Source of the DNA: Firmicutes bacterium UBA3567
Lineage (GTDB): Bacteria > Bacillota > Thermosediminibacteria > Koleobacterales > UBA3567
Reading direction: 5' to 3'
Assembly (NCBI GenBank): GCA_002376045.1
Contig: DFNM01000225.1
Span: 1 to 39,202 of the forward strand
Length of the DNA: 39,202 nt
Positions 1-7,901 of this stretch are shown here, piece by piece. The notes under the pieces were generated by a model. That model was not told the origin of the DNA. It did no database searches and worked only from the letters and a program-made list of their open reading frames with translations. Each line of letters starts with the position of its first letter. Positions within the stretch are counted from its first letter, which is position 1. The position numbers and the translations under genes were made by a program.

Positions 1-1
1 A

Positions 2-955
2 GAAAGCGGCTGGAAGGGTATCGAGTATTACTTTAAAAAAGTAAAAGAAAAGCCAATATGCGGTTTTTCACCGGATGCGGAATATCCAATAATCAACCGT
101 GAAAAAGGAATCCTTGTCTTTAAGATGGTAAAGGATTTGACTGATAAAAATCAGGGAAATATTATTGTTAAAAGCATAAAGGGTGGAGATAGACCCAATG
201 TGGTTCCCGATTACTGTGAGGCGGTGCTTGAAATAAAATCTGATGAAAATATCTTTGAAAAAATCTTTGAAGAACACAAAAAACAAGAAGGCGTGAAGAT
301 GGAACTGGAAAAGAAGGGACAAAAATACATAATAAAATCCTATGGAAAGTCGGCCCACGGAAGCCTGCCCCATAAGGGGAAAAATGCTATAACTCAATTG
401 TTTGGTTTCCTTTCGAAGCTGGATTCCATTGAGGGTGATGTGAGTGAAATCATAAAATTCCTTTCACAAAAGATAGATGATGAACATGATGGTAAATCTC
501 TGGGTATAGGCTTAGAAGATGGTGTTTCAGGCAAACTGGTATTCAATCTCGGGACAATATTATTAGATGAACACAGGTGTGAGCTGGGAATAAACATCAG
601 ATACCCCGTTACCTTTACAGATGAAGATGTGTTTGGAAGGCTTAATAAATTGTTAGAACTGTATGGAATTAAAGTAGTTGATATAGAGCACAAAAAGCCC
701 CTGTTTGTTCCTGAAGACAATTTCTTAGTAAAAAAACTTCAAAAAGTGTATAAGGAAGTTACGGGAGAAGAACCCTACCTGATATCAATCGGTGGGGGGA
801 CATATGCCAGAGCCATTGATAACGCTGTTGCCTTTGGTCCCCTTTTCCCCGGTCAGGAAGAGCTTGCCCATCAAAAGGATGAACACATTTCAATTGATGA
901 TTTAATAACGAACGCAAAAATCTATGCCAGGGCAATGTATGAACTGGCAAAATAA
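2..955 (+). CDS. pepV: M20-family dipeptidase (PepV/Sapep-like), 5'-truncated by the window edge
   Basis: The reading frame is open from nt 2 (ESGWKGIEYYFKK...), so the ATG at 125 is internal. C-terminal-half motifs are typical of PepV-type M20 dipeptidases: SYGKSAHGSLPHKGKNAI, GGGTYARA, AFGPLFPGQEELAHQKDEHISI. Stop TAA at 953-955. Confidence 0.75.
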   Translation, partial: ESGWKGIEYYFKKVKEKPICGFSPDAEYPIINREKGILVFKMVKDLTDKNQGNIIVKSIKGGDRPNVVPDYCEAVLEIKSDENIFEKIFEEHKKQEGVKMELEKKGQKYIIKSYGKSAHGSLPHKGKNAITQLFGFLSKLDSIEGDVSEIIKFLSQKIDDEHDGKSLGIGLEDGVSGKLVFNLGTILLDEHRCELGINIRYPVTFTDEDVFGRLNKLLELYGIKVVDIEHKKPLFVPEDNFLVKKLQKVYKEVTGEEPYLISIGGGTYARAIDNAVAFGPLFPGQEELAHQKDEHISIDDLITNAKIYARAMYELAK

Positions 956-1041
956 GAAGAGGCAGAAAATGAGAAGGGAAAAAAGATTATAATGCTTTTT
1001 GGGTTTTTGATATACTATAATTTGTTTTAAGGAGAGCTTTT

Positions 1042-1626
1042 ATGGAAATCATACTTATCAGGCATGGGGAAACCTGCGGTAATAAAGCAGGTGTATTTCA
1101 CGGATGGATTGATACACATTTGACGGAAAAAGGTATAAAACAGGCACATTTGCTAAAAGAAAGGCTTAAAAATGAACAGATAGATTATATTTTTTCAAGC
1201 CCCTTAAAGAGGTGTATAGAAACTGCCAGGATAATAAATATTTGCCACAACCTTCCCATCTTTAAGGTCGATGAGTTAAAAGAATTCAACTTTGGTATGT
1301 GGGAGGGTATGGGTTATGAAGAAATCAAAAAAAAATACCCTCTGGAAGCAAAAAAGTGGGAAGAGGATTGGAAGAACTTTAAAATCCCAAAAGGTGAGAG
1401 GGGTTTTGAATTTTACCAGAGGGTTTCAAGATGGATAGATACTATAATAAAAAAACAACAGAAAGGGACGTTTTTGATAGCAACCCATGGAGGATGTATA
1501 CGGGTGATTTTGTCGCACCTGGTGGGCAAAGGGATTGATGGCTACTGGAATTTTCATGTTAAAACAGGAGGCATTGTTCGAGTTTGTGTAAAAGATGGCT
1601 TTCCTTATTTGACCAGTTTGGATTGA
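1042..1626 (+). CDS. histidine phosphatase family protein (phosphoglycerate-mutase fold); possible alpha-ribazole-5'-phosphate phosphatase CobC
   Basis: AAGGAG RBS upstream of the ATG. N-terminal catalytic LIRHGET (RHG) motif and a second His in ATHGG. The 194-aa size is typical of CobC-type enzymes. The link to B12 rests only on proximity to the cbi cluster. Confidence 0.7.
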   Translation: MEIILIRHGETCGNKAGVFHGWIDTHLTEKGIKQAHLLKERLKNEQIDYIFSSPLKRCIETARIINICHNLPIFKVDELKEFNFGMWEGMGYEEIKKKYPLEAKKWEEDWKNFKIPKGERGFEFYQRVSRWIDTIIKKQQKGTFLIATHGGCIRVILSHLVGKGIDGYWNFHVKTGGIVRVCVKDGFPYLTSLD

Positions 1627-2033
1627 AAAACCTGTAAAATAGATACGCAAGAACCCGTGCTTGTGAACGAGCCTTCAGTAGTTTTCATAGCAATAGGTGC
1701 AGTTAAGCTCAAGAGTTTTAGCAATTAGAGCGTTTTGTATTCTTTTTTGTATAGGGCTTGCACCATAAATTTTTTTCAAGCGATTTACAGCCTGCTGAAA
1801 TTAGATTGTATTTTCTCTTTATAGTAGTTAATTCTTTTATTCCTAAATATTACATAAGCCGATTTAGGAAAGAAATCAAGGGCCTGGTGAGGACGAAGCC
1901 TTTACCCTTGATGAAATGAACAAATCGGCTACCCTTCATAGGGGGATGAAAGAAAAATTTAAAACAATTTTATAATATTCTAAAATTATAAGATATATTG
2001 ACTAATTTTAAGAAGTTGATCCAACTGATAAAC

Positions 2034-2062
2034 AAAAAAAATCTAAGACCATAGGTCTTAGA
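2034..2062 (-). terminator. rho-independent terminator of the minus-strand unit
   Basis: On the minus strand, a perfect 9-bp stem TCTAAGACC/GGTCTTAGA (2042-2050 and 2054-2062) with a 3-nt loop is followed by TTTTTTTT (A-run 2034-2041 on the + strand). It lies 25 nt after the stop of the 2087..2392 gene. Confidence 0.75.
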
Positions 2063-2086
2063 AGGAAGAAAACATCAATTATGGGA

Positions 2087-2392
2087 TTATTCCGATTTCA
2101 TTGCAATTTTGTCTTCGAGAAGTTTTATTTTATCTTCAAGATGTTTAATATCAACTTTTGTAGCGATATTCATTTCTCCAAGAATTTTAGTTACTTCATG
2201 GTTGATAATTTCTTTCAAATTTTCCTTTTCTTTTTGACCTCGTTTAACTAGCTCATCTACCAGGTTTGCAGCTTCTTCCCGCTTGACTTCACCTTTTTTG
2301 ATTAATTCATTGACAACCTGTTCTGCCTTTTCTTTAGTAAAGGTTAATGTACCTAACCCGAGGCAAAAAATTTTTTTTGTTAGTTCAAACAT
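2087..2392 (-). CDS. phasin-like coiled-coil protein (PHA-granule regulator/phasin family-like)
   Basis: GGAGGAG RBS 6 nt upstream of the ATG. The 101-aa protein is K/E-rich and helical. Its N-terminus GLGTLTFTKEKAEQVVNELIKKGEV...LVDELVKRGQ resembles the phasin family proteins of Firmicutes. Confidence 0.55.
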   Translation of the reverse strand: MFELTKKIFCLGLGTLTFTKEKAEQVVNELIKKGEVKREEAANLVDELVKRGQKEKENLKEIINHEVTKILGEMNIATKVDIKHLEDKIKLLEDKIAMKSE

Positions 2393-2415
2393 TTTTTCTC
2401 CTCCATTTTTTTAAT

Positions 2416-3111
2416 TTAACTGGTTACTTCTAAGGCCTCCTTTAAAAAATCCATCAAAAGAGTTTTTTCTTTAAGATTGATTTCTACTATACTATTCTGA
2501 AATTGCTTTATATATATAGTAATCTGATCAATCAAATTAAAATTTGTAGTGGTTTTCATAATATTACCCAGAACAGTACCCACAAACATGCTCAAGGCTA
2601 TTTCCGGTTCAGATGCGAATAGTAGATGCTTTTTAACAAACTGTATACTTTTAGAGCTAAAAATTTTTAGATAAACAATTAAAAGAGTAATAATATATGC
2701 ACTAAAGATAATAGGCATTTCTATTGCCGACATTTTTTCTAATAACCCATCAATAACTTTTTGGGGGTCGGGTTTTTCGAGATTCTTAAATATTTGTAAA
2801 AGATATTCCTTTGTTCGATACCATTCTTCCAGTTGATTTGATAGCTGCTCTTTTTTTGACAACACTTCTTCTGTTATTTTAGTGGGGATAAAAAAGACCA
2901 TAGATCTACCCGGATTTTTCTTTTCTTGATCAACTATATATTTAGCTGCAAGAAATCCTTTCTTTTCCAGTTCTTTTAACATTTCATATGCAGACCACTT
3001 ACTTACACCGAGCTTTTCAGCAACCGTAATATAGTGAACAGGAGCATTATTTTTTTCGTAAAGTTGTTTGATTTTTATTAAAAATTCTTTCCGTCTTTGC
3101 GTCAGAGTCAA
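2416..3111 (-). CDS. winged-helix HTH transcriptional regulator with a hydrophobic C-terminal domain
   Basis: N-terminal wHTH: ITVAEKLGVSKWSAYEMLKELEKKGFL. The C-terminal half has hydrophobic segments (IIFSAYIITLLIVYLKIF). The start is uncertain: TTG at 3111 lies 9 nt after a G-run RBS (3121-3127), while the ORF track starts at TTG 3129. Confidence 0.6.
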   Translation of the reverse strand: MTLTQRRKEFLIKIKQLYEKNNAPVHYITVAEKLGVSKWSAYEMLKELEKKGFLAAKYIVDQEKKNPGRSMVFFIPTKITEEVLSKKEQLSNQLEEWYRTKEYLLQIFKNLEKPDPQKVIDGLLEKMSAIEMPIIFSAYIITLLIVYLKIFSSKSIQFVKKHLLFASEPEIALSMFVGTVLGNIMKTTTNFNLIDQITIYIKQFQNSIVEINLKEKTLLMDFLKEALEVTS

Positions 3112-3152
3112 TTTGCCATTCCCCCCCAAAAAGCTTAAAAACCCCTATTCTT

Positions 3153-3181
3153 AGTATAAATTAAAATGCTGAATTTATCAA
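3153..3181 (-). promoter_or_regulatory. candidate sigma-A promoter for the HTH regulator/phasin genes
   Basis: Minus strand reads TTGATA (3181-3176), a 17-nt spacer, then TATACT (3158-3153). It sits immediately downstream of the radical SAM stop codon. Confidence 0.4.
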
Positions 3182-3183
3182 GC

Positions 3184-4551
3184 TTACTGAGCCGCTTTCT
3201 GTTTTTTTAGTTTTTTGTCCCAGATAGTATCGGAAACTTGAGCCCATTGAGCAGCCCTTTCATTTAATATGGTGTTGATATCTTTTGAAATTATAGCATC
3301 TGCTCCGGGATACATCGGATGTGCTCCACTCTCCACCACAATTTCTTTTAAAGCATAAGGCGTGTCAGTAATAGGACAGGGTCTTAAATGATTTTTACAG
3401 AAAGGCTGCCTCTTCTGGAATGCAGCAAACAAAGGTGATTTAAGGACATCGAGCAGACTCTTCTCTTTAATATTGTCGCAAGAAAACTGGACAAATGCGC
3501 ATGGTGCAACATTCCCGCTGGGAGTGATATGAAAATAACGCCGTCCTCCGGCTATGCAACCCTCGGTATACTCCCCATCATTCCAGAAATCCATCAGCAT
3601 AAATGGTTTATGGGTTCTGATATAACGTACACGTTCGACTAAATACGCTCTTTGATCGGGGGTTAACATTAGATCGGGATTTGGATTACGTCCAATAGGA
3701 ATGTAATGAAATGACCATCCGTAAATCGCTCCTTTGTTAATTAAAAAATCAATAAACTCATCACTGGTTGCTTCTTTGTAGTTTTCCCTGGTCATAGTAA
3801 GGGATATACCAAAAAGAGCACCACGACTGCGAAGTCTATCCATAGCATCTACAACCTTATCAAACACACCTTTGCCACGCCGGGCATCGGTCCGTTCTTT
3901 CCATCCCTCCAGACTGATAGCTGGTGAAATATTGCCTGCTTCAACAATTTTATCAGCAACTTCGTCTGTAATTAGGGTGCCGTTTGTGTAGATCATGAAT
4001 ACCATATCATTATGTTTTTCGGCCAGTTCAAACAAATGTGGGTATAAAAACGGCTCGCCGCCTGATACAACTGCCCAGTATATTCCCAGTTCTTTAGCCT
4101 CAGTTAATATTCTATCTACCAGCTCATATGATAAAGTATCATGTTTTACCTGAGCACCTGCCCAGCATCCTTCACAACGAAGGTTGCACGCACTTGTAGG
4201 GTCAATCAAAATTGTATTTGGAATATTCACACCCAGTTCTTCTGTTGTTTGCCGCTGCTTGGGAATTCCAATAAGCCAGTTATTTATGCCAAGATTGTAT
4301 ACTATGCGTTGTCTAACATAAGGATTAATCTCAGTTAAAATTCGGTTTATGTATTTTTTTGTATTGGGATTTTCGTTGTATGCCTGTAAAAGTGCATCTA
4401 TTTGCTGTTTGTGATTTTCAGCACGCGCTATTTGTTTCAATAAATTTGCAAGTTTGGGAACATTGTTTTCAGGATTTTTAGCAAGGTAGTTTAAGGTTTC
4501 TTGAAGAATTTTTTCACCCACATACCTTTTTGCAAAAGCGAAATTAATCAT
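3184..4551 (-). CDS. radical SAM enzyme with a Cys-rich (SPASM/twitch-like) C-terminal region, function unknown
   Basis: CX3CX2C cluster in TSACNLRCEGCWAG and the SAM-binding VVSGGEPFLYP. C-terminal cysteines occur in GCIAGG...SGNVAPCAFVQFSC...PFCKNHLRPCP. Preferred start is the ATG at 4551 (MINFAFAK), 6 nt after GGGAGGG. The ORF-track start at 4569 is inside that RBS. Confidence 0.85.
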   Translation of the reverse strand: MINFAFAKRYVGEKILQETLNYLAKNPENNVPKLANLLKQIARAENHKQQIDALLQAYNENPNTKKYINRILTEINPYVRQRIVYNLGINNWLIGIPKQRQTTEELGVNIPNTILIDPTSACNLRCEGCWAGAQVKHDTLSYELVDRILTEAKELGIYWAVVSGGEPFLYPHLFELAEKHNDMVFMIYTNGTLITDEVADKIVEAGNISPAISLEGWKERTDARRGKGVFDKVVDAMDRLRSRGALFGISLTMTRENYKEATSDEFIDFLINKGAIYGWSFHYIPIGRNPNPDLMLTPDQRAYLVERVRYIRTHKPFMLMDFWNDGEYTEGCIAGGRRYFHITPSGNVAPCAFVQFSCDNIKEKSLLDVLKSPLFAAFQKRQPFCKNHLRPCPITDTPYALKEIVVESGAHPMYPGADAIISKDINTILNERAAQWAQVSDTIWDKKLKKQKAAQ

Positions 4552-4653
4552 TTGTGACCCTCCCTGCATTTTTTTTCATTATTATTTAATTATTTGCTTA
4601 CGAAGTCATAGCGTCACCTCCCGTTTTTAACCCTGTAAAATCAGGTGTTTTAA

Positions 4654-5565
4654 TTAAGTAATAGTTTTTTTAATATCCTGTAAAGCATGATTAACAGCCT
4701 CTACACCAAGTTCTATACATCTCTGTGCCTGGTGGAAATCACACCAGCGGATATTTTCAACTCTTGGTTTGATAACAACTACACTATCGTCGTCAGGGAT
4801 AAAAATCATTTTACCTTGATTATTTTCTAGAACATCAAGCGCCCTTTCAACGATGGTAAAACCTGCAGGAATTATATACTGGAATTTGGTGGAAATTCTA
4901 TTAAGAGAAAAAATATTATTTACAGAAGGTATTTGATAATAGATATTTTGTAAAAAAATCTTAATATATTTCTTAAAGGCTATTAACTGGCTAATGTTAT
5001 CAATTGGCGAACTGACATCAACGGCAATTACTATATCAGCCCCCATATTAAAAGCTGTTTGAATCGGCAGGGGATTAACGAGAGAACCATCAACCAGCCA
5101 TCGACCATCCATCTTTACCGGTGTAAAAATACCAGGAAGGGCGGAACTGGCCAGTACTGCTCTGGATACCGGTCCTTTATTGATAAGGACTTCTTCTCCT
5201 GTTTTAATATCAGTTGTGACTACTGCTAAAGGAATTTCTAACTCAGAGAAGTGCTTTTGTTGCATAAGAGAGGAAAAAAAATTCTCCAGTTTATACCCTG
5301 CAAGCATCCCTTCCGGAAGAGCAATATCCACCATTTTTAACAATTTTATCCAATCAAGCTCAAGAGCTATTTTTTCTAATTCATAGATATCGCATCCAGC
5401 AGCATATGTGGCACCAATTATAGATCCAAAACTCGTTCCTACAATAAGGTCGATATGTATACCCTGCTCGTGTAAAACCTTAAGCACACCCAGGTGAGCA
5501 TAGCCGCGCGCTCCTCCGCTTCCCAGAACAAGCCCAATTTTGGGGCCATTAGCACCTTGTGACAT
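4654..5565 (-). CDS. patatin-like phospholipase (RssA-like)
   Basis: Oxyanion motif GLVLGSGGARGYAHLGV, nucleophile elbow GTSFG (GxSxG), and the catalytic Asp region DGSLVNPLP. Preferred start is the ATG at 5565 after AGGTGAGGA. The ORF-track start is GTG 5574. Confidence 0.85.
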   Translation of the reverse strand: MSQGANGPKIGLVLGSGGARGYAHLGVLKVLHEQGIHIDLIVGTSFGSIIGATYAAGCDIYELEKIALELDWIKLLKMVDIALPEGMLAGYKLENFFSSLMQQKHFSELEIPLAVVTTDIKTGEEVLINKGPVSRAVLASSALPGIFTPVKMDGRWLVDGSLVNPLPIQTAFNMGADIVIAVDVSSPIDNISQLIAFKKYIKIFLQNIYYQIPSVNNIFSLNRISTKFQYIIPAGFTIVERALDVLENNQGKMIFIPDDDSVVVIKPRVENIRWCDFHQAQRCIELGVEAVNHALQDIKKTIT

Positions 5566-5573
5566 TTTCCTCA

Positions 5574-5902
5574 CCTTGAATTCATTAATGGTACTTCTTT
5601 CATATAAGATTTCATTATGTTTTTAATAATTTCTTTATTTATCTCGTTTTCCAATTTTTACTTCAGTTTTATTAATCCAGGGAATTTTGCTCCGGCTGGT
5701 AAAACCTTATCAGTTCCCTTGCTTACTATCGGAATAATTGGGATACCTGCCTTTATTGCAAGACACACATAAACCTATCTTATCTTTTTTGGTGATTAAC
5801 TTTTTCCTTTAGGGGAAATCTCCAGAACACCACTGCCTGCCGGATTTTTATGGCCTTAAGAGAGAATATTATTGAGTAGCATCCTGAGTTAAAGCGGCAG
5901 TC
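5574..5902 (-). pseudogene. decayed 1-acyl-sn-glycerol-3-phosphate acyltransferase (PlsC/LPLAT-like) remnant
   Basis: Minus-strand conceptual translation gives DCRFNSGCYSIIFSLKAIKIRQ. After a frameshift near 5846-5850 it continues GSGVLEISPKGKS*SPKKIR*VYVCLAIKAGIPIIPIVSKGTDKVLPAGAKFPGLIKLK*KLENEINKEIIKNIMKSY. This parallels the LPLAT C-terminal half (..GGSVLIFPEGTRS..FKKGA..LAIKAGVPIVPV..G..LP.G....PG.V.V.IG.PI), but with 3 in-frame stops and a degraded FPEGTRS motif. Confidence 0.55.
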
Positions 5903-5984
5903 ATTTTCTGTAATAATATATAGCAAAATATCTCAACCCAAACAACACCAAAATCCACAAAATCCCCAAAAGCATTTTGATTAT

Positions 5985-6013
5985 ATTATAAATTGTGTTT
6001 AAAGTCCTGTCAA
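5985..6013 (-). promoter_or_regulatory. consensus sigma-A promoter driving the minus-strand unit
   Basis: Minus strand reads TTGACA (6013-6008), a 17-nt spacer GGACTTTAAACACAATT, then TATAAT (5990-5985). Both hexamers match the consensus perfectly, with optimal spacing. Confidence 0.6.
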
Positions 6014-6186
6014 GATTTTATCTTTTGTTGTGTGTTTATCTTTTATTGTATAGTGTAAAATTATTGAAGAGATATCAAGCAGGAAAAACAGCTACAGAAA
6101 TAGAAAAGAGACTTTACCTCCAAGAAAACCAAATCAAAAGCCTTTACATCTGACAGATTTCATGTGAAAGCCGACACTATCCAGCC

Positions 6187-6215
6187 TTGCAAAATCCCCG
6201 ATAAAATGGTAGTAT
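6187..6215 (+). promoter_or_regulatory. candidate sigma-A promoter of the riboswitch-1/cbi operon
   Basis: TTGCAA (6187-6192), a 17-nt spacer, then TAGTAT (6210-6215). It lies about 25 nt upstream of the riboswitch. Confidence 0.45.
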
Positions 6216-6235
6216 AAAAGCATAAAAACTTTGAA

Positions 6236-6416
6236 TACAGCAGGCTGTGGTACCGTTTCGGTTTAAAAGGGAAAGCGGTGAGAATCCGCTACAGCCCCCG
6301 CTACTGTGAGTGAGGACGAAACCCACTGCCGCTACTTGGCAGTAAAAGCCACTGGATTCGTTCCGGGAAGGTGTGGGAAGTAGAAGGAATCACGAGTCAG
6401 GAGACCTGCCACAGTT
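6236..6416 (+). promoter_or_regulatory. cobalamin (B12) riboswitch 1
   Basis: Core AAGGGAAAGCGGTGAGAATCCGCTACAGCCCCCGCTACTGT, B12 box AAGCCACTG (6346-6354), distal GGGAAGG and GTCAGGAGACCTGCC. P1 candidates are CTGTGG (6245-6250) and CCACAG (6409-6414). It is followed by a terminator and the cbi genes. Confidence 0.9.
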
Positions 6417-6469
6417 AAGAAGACCTTCGGGGGGAAGGCATTGTGGAAGGTATTAATAATAAGCAAAAG

Positions 6470-6497
6470 TCCCGACTTGAAGGTCGGGATTTTTTAT
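6470..6497 (+). terminator. riboswitch-1 expression-platform terminator
   Basis: TCCCGAC (6470-6476), loop TTGAAG, GTCGGGA (6483-6489), then TTTTTTAT. It ends 16 nt before the cbiA ATG. Confidence 0.8.
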
Positions 6498-6512
6498 GTT
6501 GAGGTGAAACAC

Positions 6513-7901
6513 ATGAAATCCATTGTCATAGCAGGAGCTCACAGTGGTGTGGGTAAAACCACTATAACCCTTGGAATACTTTCAGCCTTTAAAAAAAGAG
6601 GTATTAAAACCCAGCCCTTTAAGGTAGGGCCTGATTACATAGATACAGCATACCATAGCTTTATTGCTGGCCGGAAATCAAGAAACCTGGATGGATGGAT
6701 GCTGGATGAGGAGACCATAAAATATCTTTTTGTGAAAAACAGCCAGGATGTAGATATATCAATCATTGAAGGGGTTATGGGCATGTTTGACGGCCTGGAT
6801 TCCAGAAACTTTACAGGGAGCACAGCTCATATCGCAAAAACAATCAGGTCTCCTCTAATTCTGGTGATTGATGGAAGCGGGATAGGGGGCAGTGCGGCAG
6901 CGATAGTTCTGGGGTATAAAAAGTTTGATGAGAATGTAAACCTGGCTGGAGTTATATTCAACAATCTGGGAGGGGAAGCCCATTACCAGCTTTTAAAGGA
7001 TGCTGTAGAAAACTCCCTGGGGGTTAAGGCTTTGGGTTATCTTCCGAGAAAACTTGATTTTCAGCTGCCTGAACGGCATCTGGGCCTTCTTCCCATTTAC
7101 GAACTTGACAGTGTAAAGCAAAATTTTTCAAAACTATGTGAACTGATAGAGAAACACATTGATCTGGATGCTGTTTTGGGGATAGCTGATATTCCAGAGA
7201 TAGAAACCCGGGTACCATTTAGCATCAAACCCCTGGGCAGTGTAAAAATTGCTATAGCGATAGACAAAGCCTTTAATTTTTATTACTGGGACAACCTGGA
7301 TCTTTTAAAGGAATTGGGGGCAGAACTTGTGTATTTTAGTCCCCTGGAGGATGAAACTCTGCCTGATGATGTATCAGGGATATACATCGGGGGAGGTTTT
7401 CCGGAAGTTTTTGCATCTGAATTAGAAGCAAATGAAAAAATCAGGGGGGAAATTAAAAAGGCCTGTCAGTTAGACATGCCCGTATATGCCGAATGTGGAG
7501 GCCTTATGTACCTTATGGAAGAAATCCTTGACATAAAAGGCAGGCCACACAGGGGTGTAGGCGTTTTCAAAGGCAGGGCACGGATGACTGACAGGCTTCA
7601 GCGGTTTGGTTACATTAACCTTGAGTTTCTGCAAAACACACCCATTGCCAGAAAGGGAGAAAAAACCAGAGCCCATGAATTCCATCATTCGATGGTGGAT
7701 TTAAAAGAAGCGACAAATTATGGATATACAGTCCAAAAAGCCGGTAGAAGAAATAAAGGAAAAGCCTGGCAGGACGGTTTGATGAAATACAACACCCTTG
7801 CCGGGTATGCTCACATTCATTTTTACAGCAACCCTAAAATTGCCGTAAATTTTGTAAAAAACTGTCTGGATTATCAGGAAAAAATGAGGGGATTGAAATG
7901 A
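6513..7901 (+). CDS. cbiA: cobyrinate a,c-diamide synthase
   Basis: GAGGTG RBS 6 nt upstream of the ATG at 6513. P-loop-like [17 protein letters not shown] and the C-terminal glutamine amidotransferase nucleophile [10 protein letters not shown]. The ORF-track start at 6441 would run through the terminator hairpin. Confidence 0.9.
   Translation: MKSIVIAGAHSGVGKTTITLGILSAFKKRGIKTQPFKVGPDYIDTAYHSFIAGRKSRNLDGWMLDEETIKYLFVKNSQDVDISIIEGVMGMFDGLDSRNFTGSTAHIAKTIRSPLILVIDGSGIGGSAAAIVLGYKKFDENVNLAGVIFNNLGGEAHYQLLKDAVENSLGVKALGYLPRKLDFQLPERHLGLLPIYELDSVKQNFSKLCELIEKHIDLDAVLGIADIPEIETRVPFSIKPLGSVKIAIAIDKAFNFYYWDNLDLLKELGAELVYFSPLEDETLPDDVSGIYIGGGFPEVFASELEANEKIRGEIKKACQLDMPVYAECGGLMYLMEEILDIKGRPHRGVGVFKGRARMTDRLQRFGYINLEFLQNTPIARKGEKTRAHEFHHSMVDLKEATNYGYTVQKAGRRNKGKAWQDGLMKYNTLAGYAHIHFYSNPKIAVNFVKNCLDYQEKMRGLK

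Noticed and set aside
4570-4653. Strong RBS-like GGGAGGTGA followed by a 3-codon mini-ORF (ATG ACT TCG TAA) on the minus strand between the patatin and radical SAM genes
   Set aside because: It is too short to evaluate. It could be incidental, and there is no evidence for a leader-peptide mechanism.
6015-6046. Direct repeat TTTATCTTTT occurring twice, 8 nt apart, in the divergent promoter region
   Set aside because: It is short, AT-rich and T-tract dominated, in an AT-rich intergenic region, so it is probably compositional.
6441-6512. N-terminal extension of cbiA in the ORF track (MWKVLIISKSPDLKVGIFYVEVKH...)
   Set aside because: The extension is translated from the riboswitch expression platform and runs through the terminator hairpin and T-run (6470-6497). 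The ATG at 6513 has a GAGGTG RBS and gives the canonical MKSIVIAG...GVGKT N-terminus.
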